From the NCBI RefSeq assembly GCF_963921235.1, contig NC_086097.1, forward strand, positions 213,096,001 through 213,160,000: a stretch of 64,000 nucleotides of DNA. Reading direction: 5' to 3'. Shown here one piece after another: positions 49,839 through 61,430 of the stretch; the first letter of the stretch is position 1; every line of letters begins with the position of its first letter. The notes under the pieces were generated by a model. That model made no database searches and was not told the origin of the DNA. It saw only the letters and a list, made by a program, of their open reading frames with translations. The translations under genes and the position numbers were made by a program. This DNA is from Mobula hypostoma. Lineage: Eukaryota.

Positions 49839-52706
49839 AATCAGAGTCTCCTCGAGATTCTAAATATATGAATGATTTTTTAGATAAGTTAGACTTCCCT
49901 CAGATTTCACAGGATATGTCTTCTATATTAGATACTTCCATTACTATGGATGAGATTAAGAATGTTATTTTTTCTATGAATTTGGGGAAAGCTCCTAGCC
50001 CGGATGGGTTTACCGTTGAATTTTATAAATGTCTTGCTTCTTTATTGATCCCTTGGCTCTGTAGGGTTTTTGAGGCTTCTCTGAAACTTGGTAAACTTCC
50101 TGAATCTTTTAATAGAGCGTCAATCTCTTTAATACTAAAGAAGGATAAAGACCCTGCTCAATGTGCATCTTATAGACCAATATCTTTATTAAATGTTGAT
50201 TCTAAAGTTTTTTCTAAGTTATTAGCAAATAGACTAGAAAAAGTACTTCCTTCTATTATTTCGGAAGACCAAACGGGTTTTATTAAAGGTCGTTACTCTT
50301 TTTATAATATTCGTACATTGTTAAATATCGTTTATACTCCCTCACAAAATGTTCCTGAGTGTGTTATTTCTTTAGACGCCGAGAAAGCTTTTGATAGAGT
50401 AGAATGGCCTTATTTATTTAAGGTGCTTGAAATGTTTAATTTTAGCTTGAAATTTATATCCTGGATTAAACTGTTATATCATTCCCCTGTAGCCTCGGTC
50501 CGTACTAACTCTTTAAACTCACCTTTTTTTCCTCTCTTTCGAGGTACTCGACAAGGCTGTCCTCTTAGTCCCCTATTATTTGATATTGCATTAGAACCTC
50601 TTGCAATTGCCATTCGAGAATCTTCAAATATTACTGGGATAACTCGGGGATTAAAGTCCCATAAATTATCACTTTATGCTGATGATTTACTTTTATATAT
50701 TTCTAATCCTGAGAAATCCATTCCTGCTGTTTTAGAGTTATTAGCACAATTTGGTTTTTTTTCAGGTTATAAATTAAATCTTAGTAAGAGTGAACTCTTT
50801 CCGATTAATAAACATCTTCCCTTATATTATAAATTTCCATTTAAATTGATTGATAACTATTTTTCTTATTTTGGGATTAAAATTACTTGTAAATATAAAG
50901 ATTTATTTAAGATTAACTTTTTACCATTAATAGACCATATTACTCAACTTTCATCTAAATGGTTTCCCTTATATTTAACTTTGATTGGTCGTATTAATGC
51001 AGTTAAGATATTTTTTTTGCCAAAATTTTTATATGTGTTTCAGGCATTACCAATTTTTGTTCCAAAATCTTTCTTTGATAAAGTTGACTCTAAAATTTCT
51101 TCATTTATTTGGCAGAATAAGAATCCGAGACTGGGTAAAATACATTTACAGAAAGCTAAGAGAGATGGAGGTTTAGCATTACCTAACTTTAGATTCTATT
51201 ATTGGGCTATTAATATTCGACATATGAAATTTTGGTTACTTGATCAGGATATACTATCTATTCCTAAATGGGTAGCATTGGAACTACAATCTGTTCAGGG
51301 TTATACACTTGGCTCTATTTTAGGCTCCTCTCTCCCTTTTGATTCGAAACGCCTTAAGCAGGTGTCTAACCCGATAGTTAAATATGCTTTGCGCATTTGG
51401 TTTCAATTCAGAAAATTTTTTGATCTTAATCAATTCGGGTTAGCGATTCCTATTTTAGGTAACATATTTTTTCCTCCCTCTTTTACGGATCGTGCTTTTC
51501 AAACTTGGAAGACTAAGGGTATTTTACGGTTTTTGGATTTATTTTTAGATGGTTCCCTTATGTCTTTTGAACAATTATCTAATAAATATAACTTATCAAG
51601 AATACATTTTTTTAGATATTTACAAGTTAGAAATTTCCTAAGTACTATACTTTCCTCCTTTCCAATGCTTCCTCCTACATATATTTTAGATTCGATAATT
51701 AACCTCAATCCATGTCAGAAAGGTGCATCGGCTATGATTTATAATATTATTATGAAACTTAGGAAAGCTCCATTTGATAAGATTAGGGTAGATTGGGAAC
51801 AGGAATTGGGGCTTACCATTTCTGTGGATGATTGGGGGCAGATTTTACAATTAGTTAATACTTCCTCTATTTGTGCTAAACATTCCCTAATTCAATTTAA
51901 AGTGATTCATAGAGCACATATGTCCAAAGATAAGTTAGCGCGTTTTTACTCGCATATTAATCCTTTTTGTGATAGATGTTCGGGGCAGATAGCCTCTTTA
52001 ACTCATATGTTTTGGTCTTGCCCTACTTTGGAAACTTTTTGGAGAGATATTTTTAATATTATTTCTAAGGTATTAAATATAGATATCTCTCCTCACCCTA
52101 TTACTGCTATCTTTGGACTACCTAAAATTTCTAGTAATCTTTCCCCTTCAGCCCGTAGAATGATTGCATTTCTTACTTTAATGGCGAAAAGATGTATCTT
52201 ACAACATTGGAAAGAGCTTAATGCTCCAACTACCTTTTTTTGGTTCTCTCAGACGATTTTATGTTTGAATCTGGAGAAAATTAGAAGTAACCTTTATGAT
52301 TCTTCATTTAAATTTGAACAGATTTGGGGACCTTTTATTCGATATTTTCATTTAATGTAATATATACCCTTCTTGTTTTTTTTTACTGTTTTTAATGGAG
52401 GTCGGGATGGAGGACGTGATTTTAAGTTTAACTCTGTTTGGTTTCAAGTTAGCCCATTGCTTTGCTTTGCCTTTAGTTAGTTGCACGGTGGGTTTTTTTG
52501 GGGTTTTTTTTTTCTTTTTTTCTATTGATATATATAAAATTTAGTATACTATTATGTTATCTTGGTTTCTTATGTTTAAATTACATTGTTTGTAGTTTTT
52601 TTTTGGTATTGATACTTTCTGGAATTTTATTATATTTTAACATTGTATTAATGTTTATATGGCTTACCTTTTTGTATACTTATTCAATAAAAAGATTTAA
52701 AAAGAA
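49839..52706 (+). mobile_element. Young 5'-truncated L1-clade retrotransposon (uninterrupted ORF2 remainder to 52360), antisense within the CA8 intron
   Basis: The 844-aa ORF has KAP.PDGF..EFYK, YRPISLLNVD.K, SLDAEKAFDRVEW, GTRQGCPLSPLLF, YADD and a C-terminal CDRC…HMFWSC. It lacks the endonuclease domain. A T-rich 3' UTR, AATAAA and an A-rich tail follow. Confidence 0.96.
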
Positions 52707-54157
52707 AGAACACCCCTCAGCTTACTTTTCTTTATAGTAAAGACATACTATCTGTTCATCCTTGCATAATATGGTAATCAGAAGTGTAACTAAATAATGG
52801 TTGAACATAACTTCCCTTCTTTTTAAACTGACCTCTCTAGAAATAAGCCCTAGCACTTAGTTTGATTATTTGTTTATGGCCTCGCTATCCTAGGCGCAAT
52901 TTCGAGGTATTGGTAAATTTGTACAGAGCTGCTTTTGTTCCTCATTCTCAAATAGACTCCCACCTGCTAGGCCATCTGATAATAGGCCACAGGCCTGTTA
53001 TGCTAATTCTGGTTCTTCCTTGCTGATGCTGCCTGAGCATCTTCAACATGTTAATTTATATGGACAGTGTATATAATAGCATAAGTAGCCCCATAACTTC
53101 CAACAATTTCTATCCAAAAAGTCTGGAATTTTTTTTAAGTTAAAAGTAAAACGAAAACAATCCATTTTCATAACAAGGTTAGGAAGTGGGCAACTGTTGA
53201 AATAATATTTACATATCTTTAAGGTGTCAGTTAGAAATAGGTCAAAAGTGGAAAGGTCTCAGGACTCAATATAGAATTAGGGCACACATTTAAACCAGCA
53301 GAGGTCCTAAAAGATCTTATAATCATGAATAAAGCTATCAACTATTTTCAATGTTGTATTTTAACACTCTTCATTATCTACAAGAGGCTAGCACCAGTTT
53401 GAGAATGCGAACCTGCACCTTTAACAAGAGGTACATTGTGCAAATAGCATTGAAGGCATTCCATAGCTGGAGAATGCTGGGACAGAAGATGGCTGACCAA
53501 GGCAGCATCATTTATTTCCATGATTTAGTGCCACTGATGTGACTCCCTTGCTAAGCCATTTCAAAGGGAAATTAACAGCAAGGAAACTGATGTGATAAAG
53601 AGGCCCAACTGGGGCAAGGTCAGATTTCTTTCTGTGAAGGGAATTGTTGGGTTGTTAAGATAACCCTGTAGTTTCAAAATCACTATAACAAATACGATTC
53701 TCTTCCAGGTCAGTTATTAACTGAATTCAGAAGGTGGAATTTGAACTTGGGTTCTTGCAACATTAGCTCAGGCCTACGGATTACTAGTCCTTTTCTGTAG
53801 CACTGTGTACCATACCCCATGGATTGCTTCTTTCAAAACAAAGAGGATTTGGTACCAGACAGGACATTTAAAAAGGACAGAGACAACATGAATATACAAA
53901 TTTATTGCCAAAGTACAAATATGTCACCATATATTACCCTGAGATTCATTTACTTGCAGAGATTCACAGCAAAACAGAGAAACTATAGACAAACAACACA
54001 CATCAAAGTTGCTGGTGAACGCAGCAGGCCAGGCAGCATCTCTAGGAAGAGGTACAGTCGACGTTTCAGGCCGAGACCCTTCGTCAGGACTAACGCTGGT
54101 TCAGGAACCTGATGGTTGAAGGGTAATAACTTTTCCTGAATCTGGTGGTGTGGAATC
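52707..54157 (+). repeat. Direct repeat copy 2 (1451 bp)
   Basis: About 6 substitutions and one homopolymer indel relative to copy 1, counted by eye. Confidence 0.97.
54056..54091 (-). ncRNA. Minimal hammerhead ribozyme motif, duplicate of 49737-49772
   Basis: Identical motif within the second copy of the 1.45-kb duplication. Confidence 0.8.
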
Positions 54158-54725
54158 CAATGCTCCTGTGCTTCCCTCCTGATGGCAGCAGTGAGCAGAG
54201 AGCATGGCCTGGATTGTGGAGGTCCATGATGATAGATGCTGCCTTCTTGTGGCAGCACTCCTTAAAGATGTGCTCAGTGGTCGGGAGGGTTTGCCTATGA
54301 CGGACTGGGGTGTGTCTACGATCCTTTGTAGTCTTTTCTGTTCATAGGCATTGGTGTTTCCATACTAGACCATAATGCATCCAGTCAGCATATTCTCCAC
54401 TGTGCAAATGTAGAAGTTTGTCAAAGTTTCAGAGGACATGCAAAATTTGCACAACCTTCAGAGACAGTAGAGGTGTTGTCGTACCTTCTTTGTGATAGCA
54501 CTTACACGGTGATTCCAGAACAGATCCTCTGATATGATAATGCCAAGGAATTTAAAGTCATAAAATCATGCAATCAGAAAATTAAAAAGTTTCCCAAACA
54601 GTACTGAAGGCCACCTTGACAGGCAGGTAACATATTCTCTTCTAACACATTCTGGGAATTCAGAAATACATGGGTTGTGGCAGATTCTGTCAAAGTCCTT
54701 ACAGGCCATGGAAACTCTCCTCCAA

Positions 54726-55403
54726 GGAGGAGGAGAAGATGGTGGCACGACACAGCTTGCAGCAGCCGCTCCGGTGAATGATATCTGTTATTTGTCAAGT
54801 AGGGTGCCGTGCACAATCCTGATTTGATGGAGACAGACGTGAGAGTACGGAGGAACATCTAGAGAAACTTCTGAAATGCCTTATTTGCTGCCGCTGCTAC
54901 TGTGTGATCCAGAATCTCCGGAGGAGTTGGCCCCGAGTCCTCGACTTTGCTTGTTGCTCGGCGGCCGGGGTGGGATCGAAGCACTCGGCAGAGGATGGTG
55001 CCTGGTACTGGAGGGCTGGTCGGAGGCTCGAAGTTTTCGGACGGACTCAGAGTCGGCTGTGGTCGGGTGCTTCCAGGGTGCTGCATCGGCAGTTGTCGGT
55101 GTCTGGAAGTTTACGGCAGGGAGAGTTTCTCCCTTTTGCCACCTGCTATCGGGACTACCGGGAGTCAATCAGAACTTTGAGACCTTTTTTTTACCATGCC
55201 CATGGTCTGCTCTTTATCAAATTATGGTATTGCTTTGCACTGCTGTAACTATATGTTATAATTATGTGGTTCTGTCAGTGTTAGTCTTTGGTTTGTCCTG
55301 TTCTTTTTGTGATATCACTCTGGAGGAGCATTGTATCATTTCTTAATGCATGCATTTCTAAATGTCAATAATCGAGGACTGAGTGGCCTCATAATCTAAT
55401 CTA
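54726..55403 (+). mobile_element. ~680-bp non-autonomous LINE-derived element, copy 2
   Basis: End-to-end similarity to 47315-47990 with unrelated flanks. Confidence 0.8.
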
Positions 55404-55819
55404 ACTGTGAAAGAAATGCGCCACGATTGGGTTTCCAATGGTTCATACCCGTATCATTTGGAGGCAGCATCACACTACATGGTGTTTTTACCAACACTAT
55501 AATATACAAATGACAGTCTGTATTAAGTGAAATCCCCTTTCACTGAACGTTTCTGGGAATGCAACTCGTTAGCCCCTCACTAACAGGCACCGGCCTCCAC
55601 GGTGAGAAAACCACCTTTCGCAGGCTGCGTATGTCTAGGGTGTATACGGCTTTGGTCCCGCCAAACCCTTGTGGTTGGGATGTCTTGCCCACCCAAACCC
55701 CGGTTTGTGTGAATGCTGCGTGATTTACTGCCCCTTGCAATTGCCTGTAGGCAAGAAATAACAGATTGTACACTGCATACAATTATAAAGAAGGTATATT
55801 TAAGAATGTTAGCTTAAAT

Positions 55820-56280
55820 TACATTAGATTAGATTCAACTTTATTGTCATTGTGCCAAGTACAGATACAAAGCCAATGAAATGCATTTAGCATCTGACCA
55901 GAAATGCAAAGAATAGTGTTATTTACAAAATAACTGCGAATAAAAAAGTGCTACAGCACACAAATATAAAAGTACTGAGACAGTACAATACGGATGCAAT
56001 ACTGCTTAGCGCTGTGATGAGAGGTTCAGGAGGGTCACAGCCTCAGGGAAGAAGCTCATCCTGTGCCTGCTGGTGCGGGAGCAGAGGCTCCTGTAGCGCC
56101 TACCGGATGGGAGGAGAGTAAAAAGTCCATGGTTAGGGTGAGATGAATCCCTGATAATGCTTTTCATCCTGCCCAGGCAGTGTTTATGGTAGATGTTCTC
56201 AATGGTGGGCAATTGGGTGCCGATAATCTACTAAGCAGTTTTCACCACACACTTTGCAGTCCGATACGGGACAATTGCCA
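55820..56280 (-). mobile_element. Rex1/Babar 3' end
   Basis: ORF 56006 encodes HPNHGLFTLLPSGRRYRSL, and a (TTAGA)n tail is present. Confidence 0.85.
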
Positions 56281-58981
56281 TACCACACCATACCATACCA
56301 TAAGAAAGGAAAAAGTAACAAAAGGGGCCATCATAACTAAACAGTCAAACATGCACATAAGTTGGAGCTCATCTTGCAGTTTTCTTTAACTCACGCGCTG
56401 GACCCCTGGTCTGCGTGAAAGCACACACCACCTTCCGAATATCGCTTGAAATCCATCTTGAACAAACGGGCTCTCCCACGGGAATATTGGTTCTTCCTCC
56501 TTGAAGCCATTCATTGGTGCAAAGCATCTTGTGCAACGTGGACAGCATCCTCAGCCATCTTCCACCCCGACTTCTCCCAGCTCTCGCCAAAAAGACCTCA
56601 ACCCACACCAGTGTCCTTCACAAAAACCTCTCTGCCCAGCCAGCATTCTCTAGAATCTTCTCTCAATTCCACCATCCTGAATGGCTGACACAACATTCCT
56701 AAGTTGAGCAACAAAGCCTCTTACAGAAGTGCTAAAATGCAATACCTACAGCATAGCAGTAAAAATCTTAACCAGGGTATTTCATCCATGATCAGCTGCT
56801 AGAGCGCCATGCAACTTTCAAAATACAGCAGTGGGATGGATCTCAAACACTAAAGAGAAGGAGTGTAGGAAAGTGATAGAGACCCTAGTGGTATGTGTCA
56901 TAGCACATGGAAAAGTACAGCACAGTACAGGCTCTTGGTACCGCAGTGTACTACATCTGACATATCCCCTATTCATTCCTCCAATCATCTTAAAGTTACA
57001 CCCTCTTATTTCCACCCTTGGAAAAAGGTGCTGGCTGTCCACTCTGTCAATGCCCCTTATATCCAACTATCAAATCCCCCCTCACCCTCTTTCACTCGCA
57101 ACAGAAAATCCCTAGCTTATTCAACATTTCCTCATAAAACATGCTCCTTAATCATGCAGTATCCTGGTAAATCTCCTCTACACCTTCTCTACCACATCCT
57201 TCCTATGAAGTTACCAGGACCAAAAACAAGATCCAAGTATGGTTTAACCAGAGTTTTATAGAGCTGCAACATTACCTCCTGGTGCTTCAATTCAATCCCC
57301 CAGCTAATGAAGGCCAACACAACATATGCTTTCTTAATCACCATATCAGCTTCCACAGCAGCTTTTGAATACTGGGATATGGACCCCCCAAGATCTATGT
57401 CTCTGATCTGCCACACTCCTAAGAATCCTACTATTAGCCTTGTGTCAAGACAACAAACTCTCCCTCAATGCCAGCAGAGCAAAAGAGCTGGTCATTGACT
57501 TCAGGAAACAAGGTAGAATATCAGTGGGGCTGAGGTGGAAATGGTTGAGAGCTTCAGGTTCTTAGGTGTAAGCATCACCAACAATTTGCCCTGGTTCAAC
57601 CACATGGATGCTATGGCCAATACAGCACACCTGTACCTCTACTTCCTCAGAAAGCTCAGGAAATTTATCACTGATAACCAACACCAATTTTTACAGATGC
57701 ACCATGGGAACCATCTTTTCTATGTGCATCACAACTTGGTATAGCAACTGCTTTATGCAAGGACGCAAAATATTTCAGAGAGTCTTGAACACTGCTAAGG
57801 CTACCTCAAAAACCAGCCTCCTCTCCACCAGCTGTCCATTTCCTGTAAGACCTCTCTCACCCTGGCAATCTCCTCTTCTCACTTCAACCGTCCTGTGAGC
57901 AGTGTGGGCTTAAAATGCTGACACATTCGAAGACTCTTTCTCCAGTAATGTTCTAACAGCCTCTGTCATCAATGGCCTGTTTTCTGATGTCAATGATGAA
58001 AGACATTTAAAAATAGTTAAAGTTGATTTAAATAATTGAAATTACAAACTAAAAAAACACAAGGTATAATTTATTGTTATTGAAAAAATAGTGATATATG
58101 GAAAGCAAGTAACTTTAATGAATGAATGAACAGAACTAGCTATAGTTTATACAAGGTGTGGAATCAGCTAGGAAATAAATCTAATTTATCAACTCAATAA
58201 GTTATGGAATGGAGCAAGGAACCAAATTGTGCCTCCATCTAGTGTATTCCATACTTCTGAACCATAAAACCTCCAGTCACAGCAATCTGGTCCGATGTAT
58301 TGCATAGGATCAAATGCCAGAAAAGTATAATTAAAATATTGATCATAAAAGTTCAAAATATTTTGCACCAAAAAATAACCAGAATTCAAACATTTTTGGT
58401 TGGAATGAAATTGAAATACTGATATCTTAAGAAAGAAATTTATAAGAGAAGGATGTGAAATTATTTTTCAAATTCTCTGGGAAACAGCCCAACATAACCT
58501 TCAAAAATGAAATTTTAAAGTGCAAAGTATAATTTATTATCAGAGTATATACATATCATCACATACAACCCTGAAATTCTTTTTCCTGTGGGCATTCTTA
58601 GCAAATCTATAGAACAGTAACTGTAAACAGGATCAATGGACAGCAAACTGTGCAAATACAAATACAAATAAATAGCAATAAATAACGAGAGCATGAAATA
58701 ACAAGATAAAGAGTCTGTAAAGTGAGACCATTAGCTGCGGGCACACCAGAATTCATTGACTTACACAAGGTTGATAAAAGAATGTATTCAAATGTACCTG
58801 TTTGTTGAGTTGTGGAGTTCATTTTTGTCAATGGTTTCGATGAAAGCCAGTCACTTCTAAATTACATTTAAAAATCTGCCCTCACAAAGTGAGCTAAAAA
58901 TATCCCGTTGAATCATTCAAAAAAATGCAAGCATTATCCCCTGATGGTTTGACAGGCTAACATCAATGAAACTGCAGGCCT

Positions 58982-59065
58982 CAGCATCTGTGGAAAAGAG
59001 TAAACAGTCCTGATGAAGGGTTTTGGCCCGAAACGTCAACTGTTTACTCTTTTCCATAGATGCTG
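58982..59065 (+). ncRNA. Hammerhead motif (CTGATGA…GAAAC-GTC) closed by a 27-bp hairpin; the Penelope-derived element extends to about 59143
   Basis: Arms 58982-59008 and 59039-59065 are complementary except for one G-U pair. Confidence 0.7.
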
Positions 59066-59623
59066 CCTGGCCTGCTGAGTTCCTCCAGCATTTCATGTGT
59101 GTTGCCTTGGATTTCCAGCACCTGCAGATTTTCTCATGTTTGTAACATCGATAAACTATTAGCTGGTGAATCTCATTGGTGTTATGGGACCTTGTTCTGC
59201 ATCAGCATGAATCCTAAGTTCTAAGAGCAAACTCTAAAGCATCAGCGATATTTTGAAGTTGTAAAAGGTATTAATTACAAATTATTTCTAATCCAGATAA
59301 ATGTTGCAGAATAATTTGAATATTATTTCATTTCAGTCATACATAGTTAAAACTTAAAAAGCCCTATTTTTAAGTTATGTCCAAAATTGAAACTAAATAA
59401 GCAATTTGCTTCATTACACAACTTGAAACAATGACATTTACCAGCTAAACTAACACGGTACTTTTCCTTTGTTTAATCCCAATAATCACATAGCTGCAGT
59501 TGAAAAAATATCAGCTATTTCATCTTTGACCTCTACTTTGAATCCATGCAGGTGGTAGAGCACTAAGGCTGTAACCTTTACTTAAAAGATAAAGCTCTAG
59601 AAATGTTCTGATTCATTATATAC

Positions 59624-59736
59624 CTGTAACTGAGAGATTGTTAAAGGGTATCGGAATAGTATCCAGGTCACATTTTCACTGCATGGTGGGATGGTCAGAG
59701 ATCCTTCATATACCCAGTAGTCTCTCAGGAGCGGAT
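59624..59736 (-). CDS. CA8: CA8 internal coding exon (113 nt; (D)[37 protein letters not shown])
   Basis: Contains the alpha-carbonic anhydrase Y-x-GSLT-x-PPC-x-E-x-V-x-W motif in its CA8 form. Acceptor is tttag, donor is gtata, and the frame is consistent with both neighbouring exons. Confidence 0.97.
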
Positions 59737-59849
59737 CTAAAGCATTTACAAAATATTAGAAATTGGAGACATTCACTTTGTACAAATTGCCTCGCTTGAT
59801 TTCTTTATTAATTTGAATTATATTTTAAATATTATAAATGAAAACTTAC

Positions 59850-59898
59850 CAGGAAGTAGTGTATTAGGATTAAAACAAGGAATTGTTTTCAATTTTCC
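59850..59898 (-). CDS. CA8: CA8 internal coding exon (49 nt; GKLKTIPCFNPNTLLP-G), probably equivalent to human exon 6
   Basis: Manual minus-strand translation matches the recalled vertebrate CA8 peptide GKSKTIPCFNPNTLLPD. It has a polypyrimidine-AG acceptor (ttttttttag) and a GTAAGT donor, and its phase joins the next exon. Confidence 0.95.
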
Positions 59899-59926
59899 CT
59901 AAAAAAAAGAGCCACATTACCATTTA

Positions 59927-60108
59927 GAAAAAAATTCACACAGCAGTTAAGATACACTCTTAGAGTTGATCCAAAGTTGATAGCTGTAAACACACTATGA
60001 GATAGGGGTTCAGGGAAAAAATTCACACAGCAGTTAAATTAAGATATATTCTTAGAAATTCACCCAGAGTTAATAGCTGTAAACACACTATGAGATAGGG
60101 ATTCAGGT
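59927..60108. repeat. ~90-bp imperfect tandem duplication just upstream of the CA8 49-nt exon acceptor
   Basis: GAAAAAATTCACACAGCAGTTAA…ATAGCTGTAAACACACTATGAGATAGGG occurs twice. Confidence 0.9.
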
Positions 60109-60169
60109 GCTCCTATCTACTTCTGAGGTTCAATATTAATGAGTTCAATGGAACCAATTTTACAAAGTA

Positions 60170-61430
60170 ACATAGAAACATAGAAAATAGGTGCAGGAGT
60201 AGGCCATTCGGCCCTTCGAGCCTGCACCGCCATTCAGTACGATCATGGCTGATCATCCAACTCAGAACCCTATACCTGTCTTCTCTCCATACCCCATGAT
60301 CCCTTTAGCCACAAGGGCCTTATCTAACTTCCTCTTAAATATAGGCAATGAACTGGCCTCAACTGTTTCCTGTAGCAGAGAATTTCACAGATTCACCACT
60401 CTCTGTGTGAAGATGTTTTTCCTCATCTCGGTCCTAAAAGGCTTCCACTTTATCCTCAAACTGTGACCCCTCGTTCTGGACTTCCCCAACATCGGGAACA
60501 ATCTTCCTGCATCTAGCCTGTCCAATCCCTTTAGAATTTTAAACGTTTCAATCAGATCCCCCCTCAATCTTCTAAATTCTAGAGAGTATAAGTCTAGTCG
60601 ATCCAGTCTTTCATCATATGAAAGTCCTGCCATCCCAGGAATCAATCTGGTGAACCTTCTTTGTACCCCCTCTATGGCAAGAATGTCTTTCCTCAGATTA
60701 GGGGACCAAAACTGCACACAATACTCCAGGTGTGGTCTCACCAAGGCCTTGTACAACTGCAGTAGTACCTTCCTGCTCCTGTACTCGAATCCTCTTGCTA
60801 TGAATGCCAGCATACCATTCGCCTTTTTCACCGCCTGCTGTACCTGCATGTCCACTTTCAATGACTGGTGTACAATGACACCCAGGTCTCGTTGCACCTC
60901 CCCTTTTCCTAATCGGCCACCATTCAGACAATAATCTGTTTTCCTGTTCTTACCACCAAAGTGGATAACCTCACATTTATCCACATTAAATCGCATCTGC
61001 CATGAATTTGCCCATTCACCTAACCTATCCAGGTCACCCTGCGTCCTCTTAGCATCCTCCTCACAGCTAACACTGCCACCCAGCTTCGTGTCATCCGCAA
61101 ACTTGGAGATGCTGCATTTAATTCCCTCATCCAAGTCATTAATATATATTGTAAACAACTGGGGTCCCAGCACTGAGCCTTGCGGTACCCCACTAGTCAC
61201 TGCCTGCCATTCTGAAAAGGTCCCGTTTATTCCCACTTTTTGCTTCCTGTCTGCCAACCGATTCTCTATCCACATCAATACCATACCCCCAATACCGTGT
61301 GCTTTAAGTTTGCATACTAATCTCCTGTGTGGGACCTTGTCGAAAGCCTTTTGAAAATCCAAATATACCACATCCACTGGTTCTCCCCTATCCACTCTAC
61401 TAGTTACATCCTCAAAAAATTCTATGAGAT
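60170..61430 (-). mobile_element. Young 5'-truncated CR1 in a CA8 intron, sense orientation
   Basis: Open 336-aa ORF with YLDFQKAFDKVPH, GVPQGSVLGP and FADDTK, followed by a (CATAGAAA)n tail at about 60170. Confidence 0.95.

Noticed and set aside
49826..52360. 844-aa ORF as a host gene or an autonomous L1
   Set aside because: It is L1 ORF2 lacking the endonuclease domain. Its listed start lies in flanking duplicated DNA, and there is no ORF1 or promoter.
48239..54157. The direct repeats as LTRs of a retrovirus-like element
   Set aside because: There are no TG…CA ends, PBS or PPT. The repeats are a patchwork of older TE relics continuous with the flanks, and the interior is a non-LTR RT.
55515..55815. 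CpG-containing block that may be an LTR fragment
   Set aside because: It has no defined ends, TSD or second copy, so support is insufficient to classify it.
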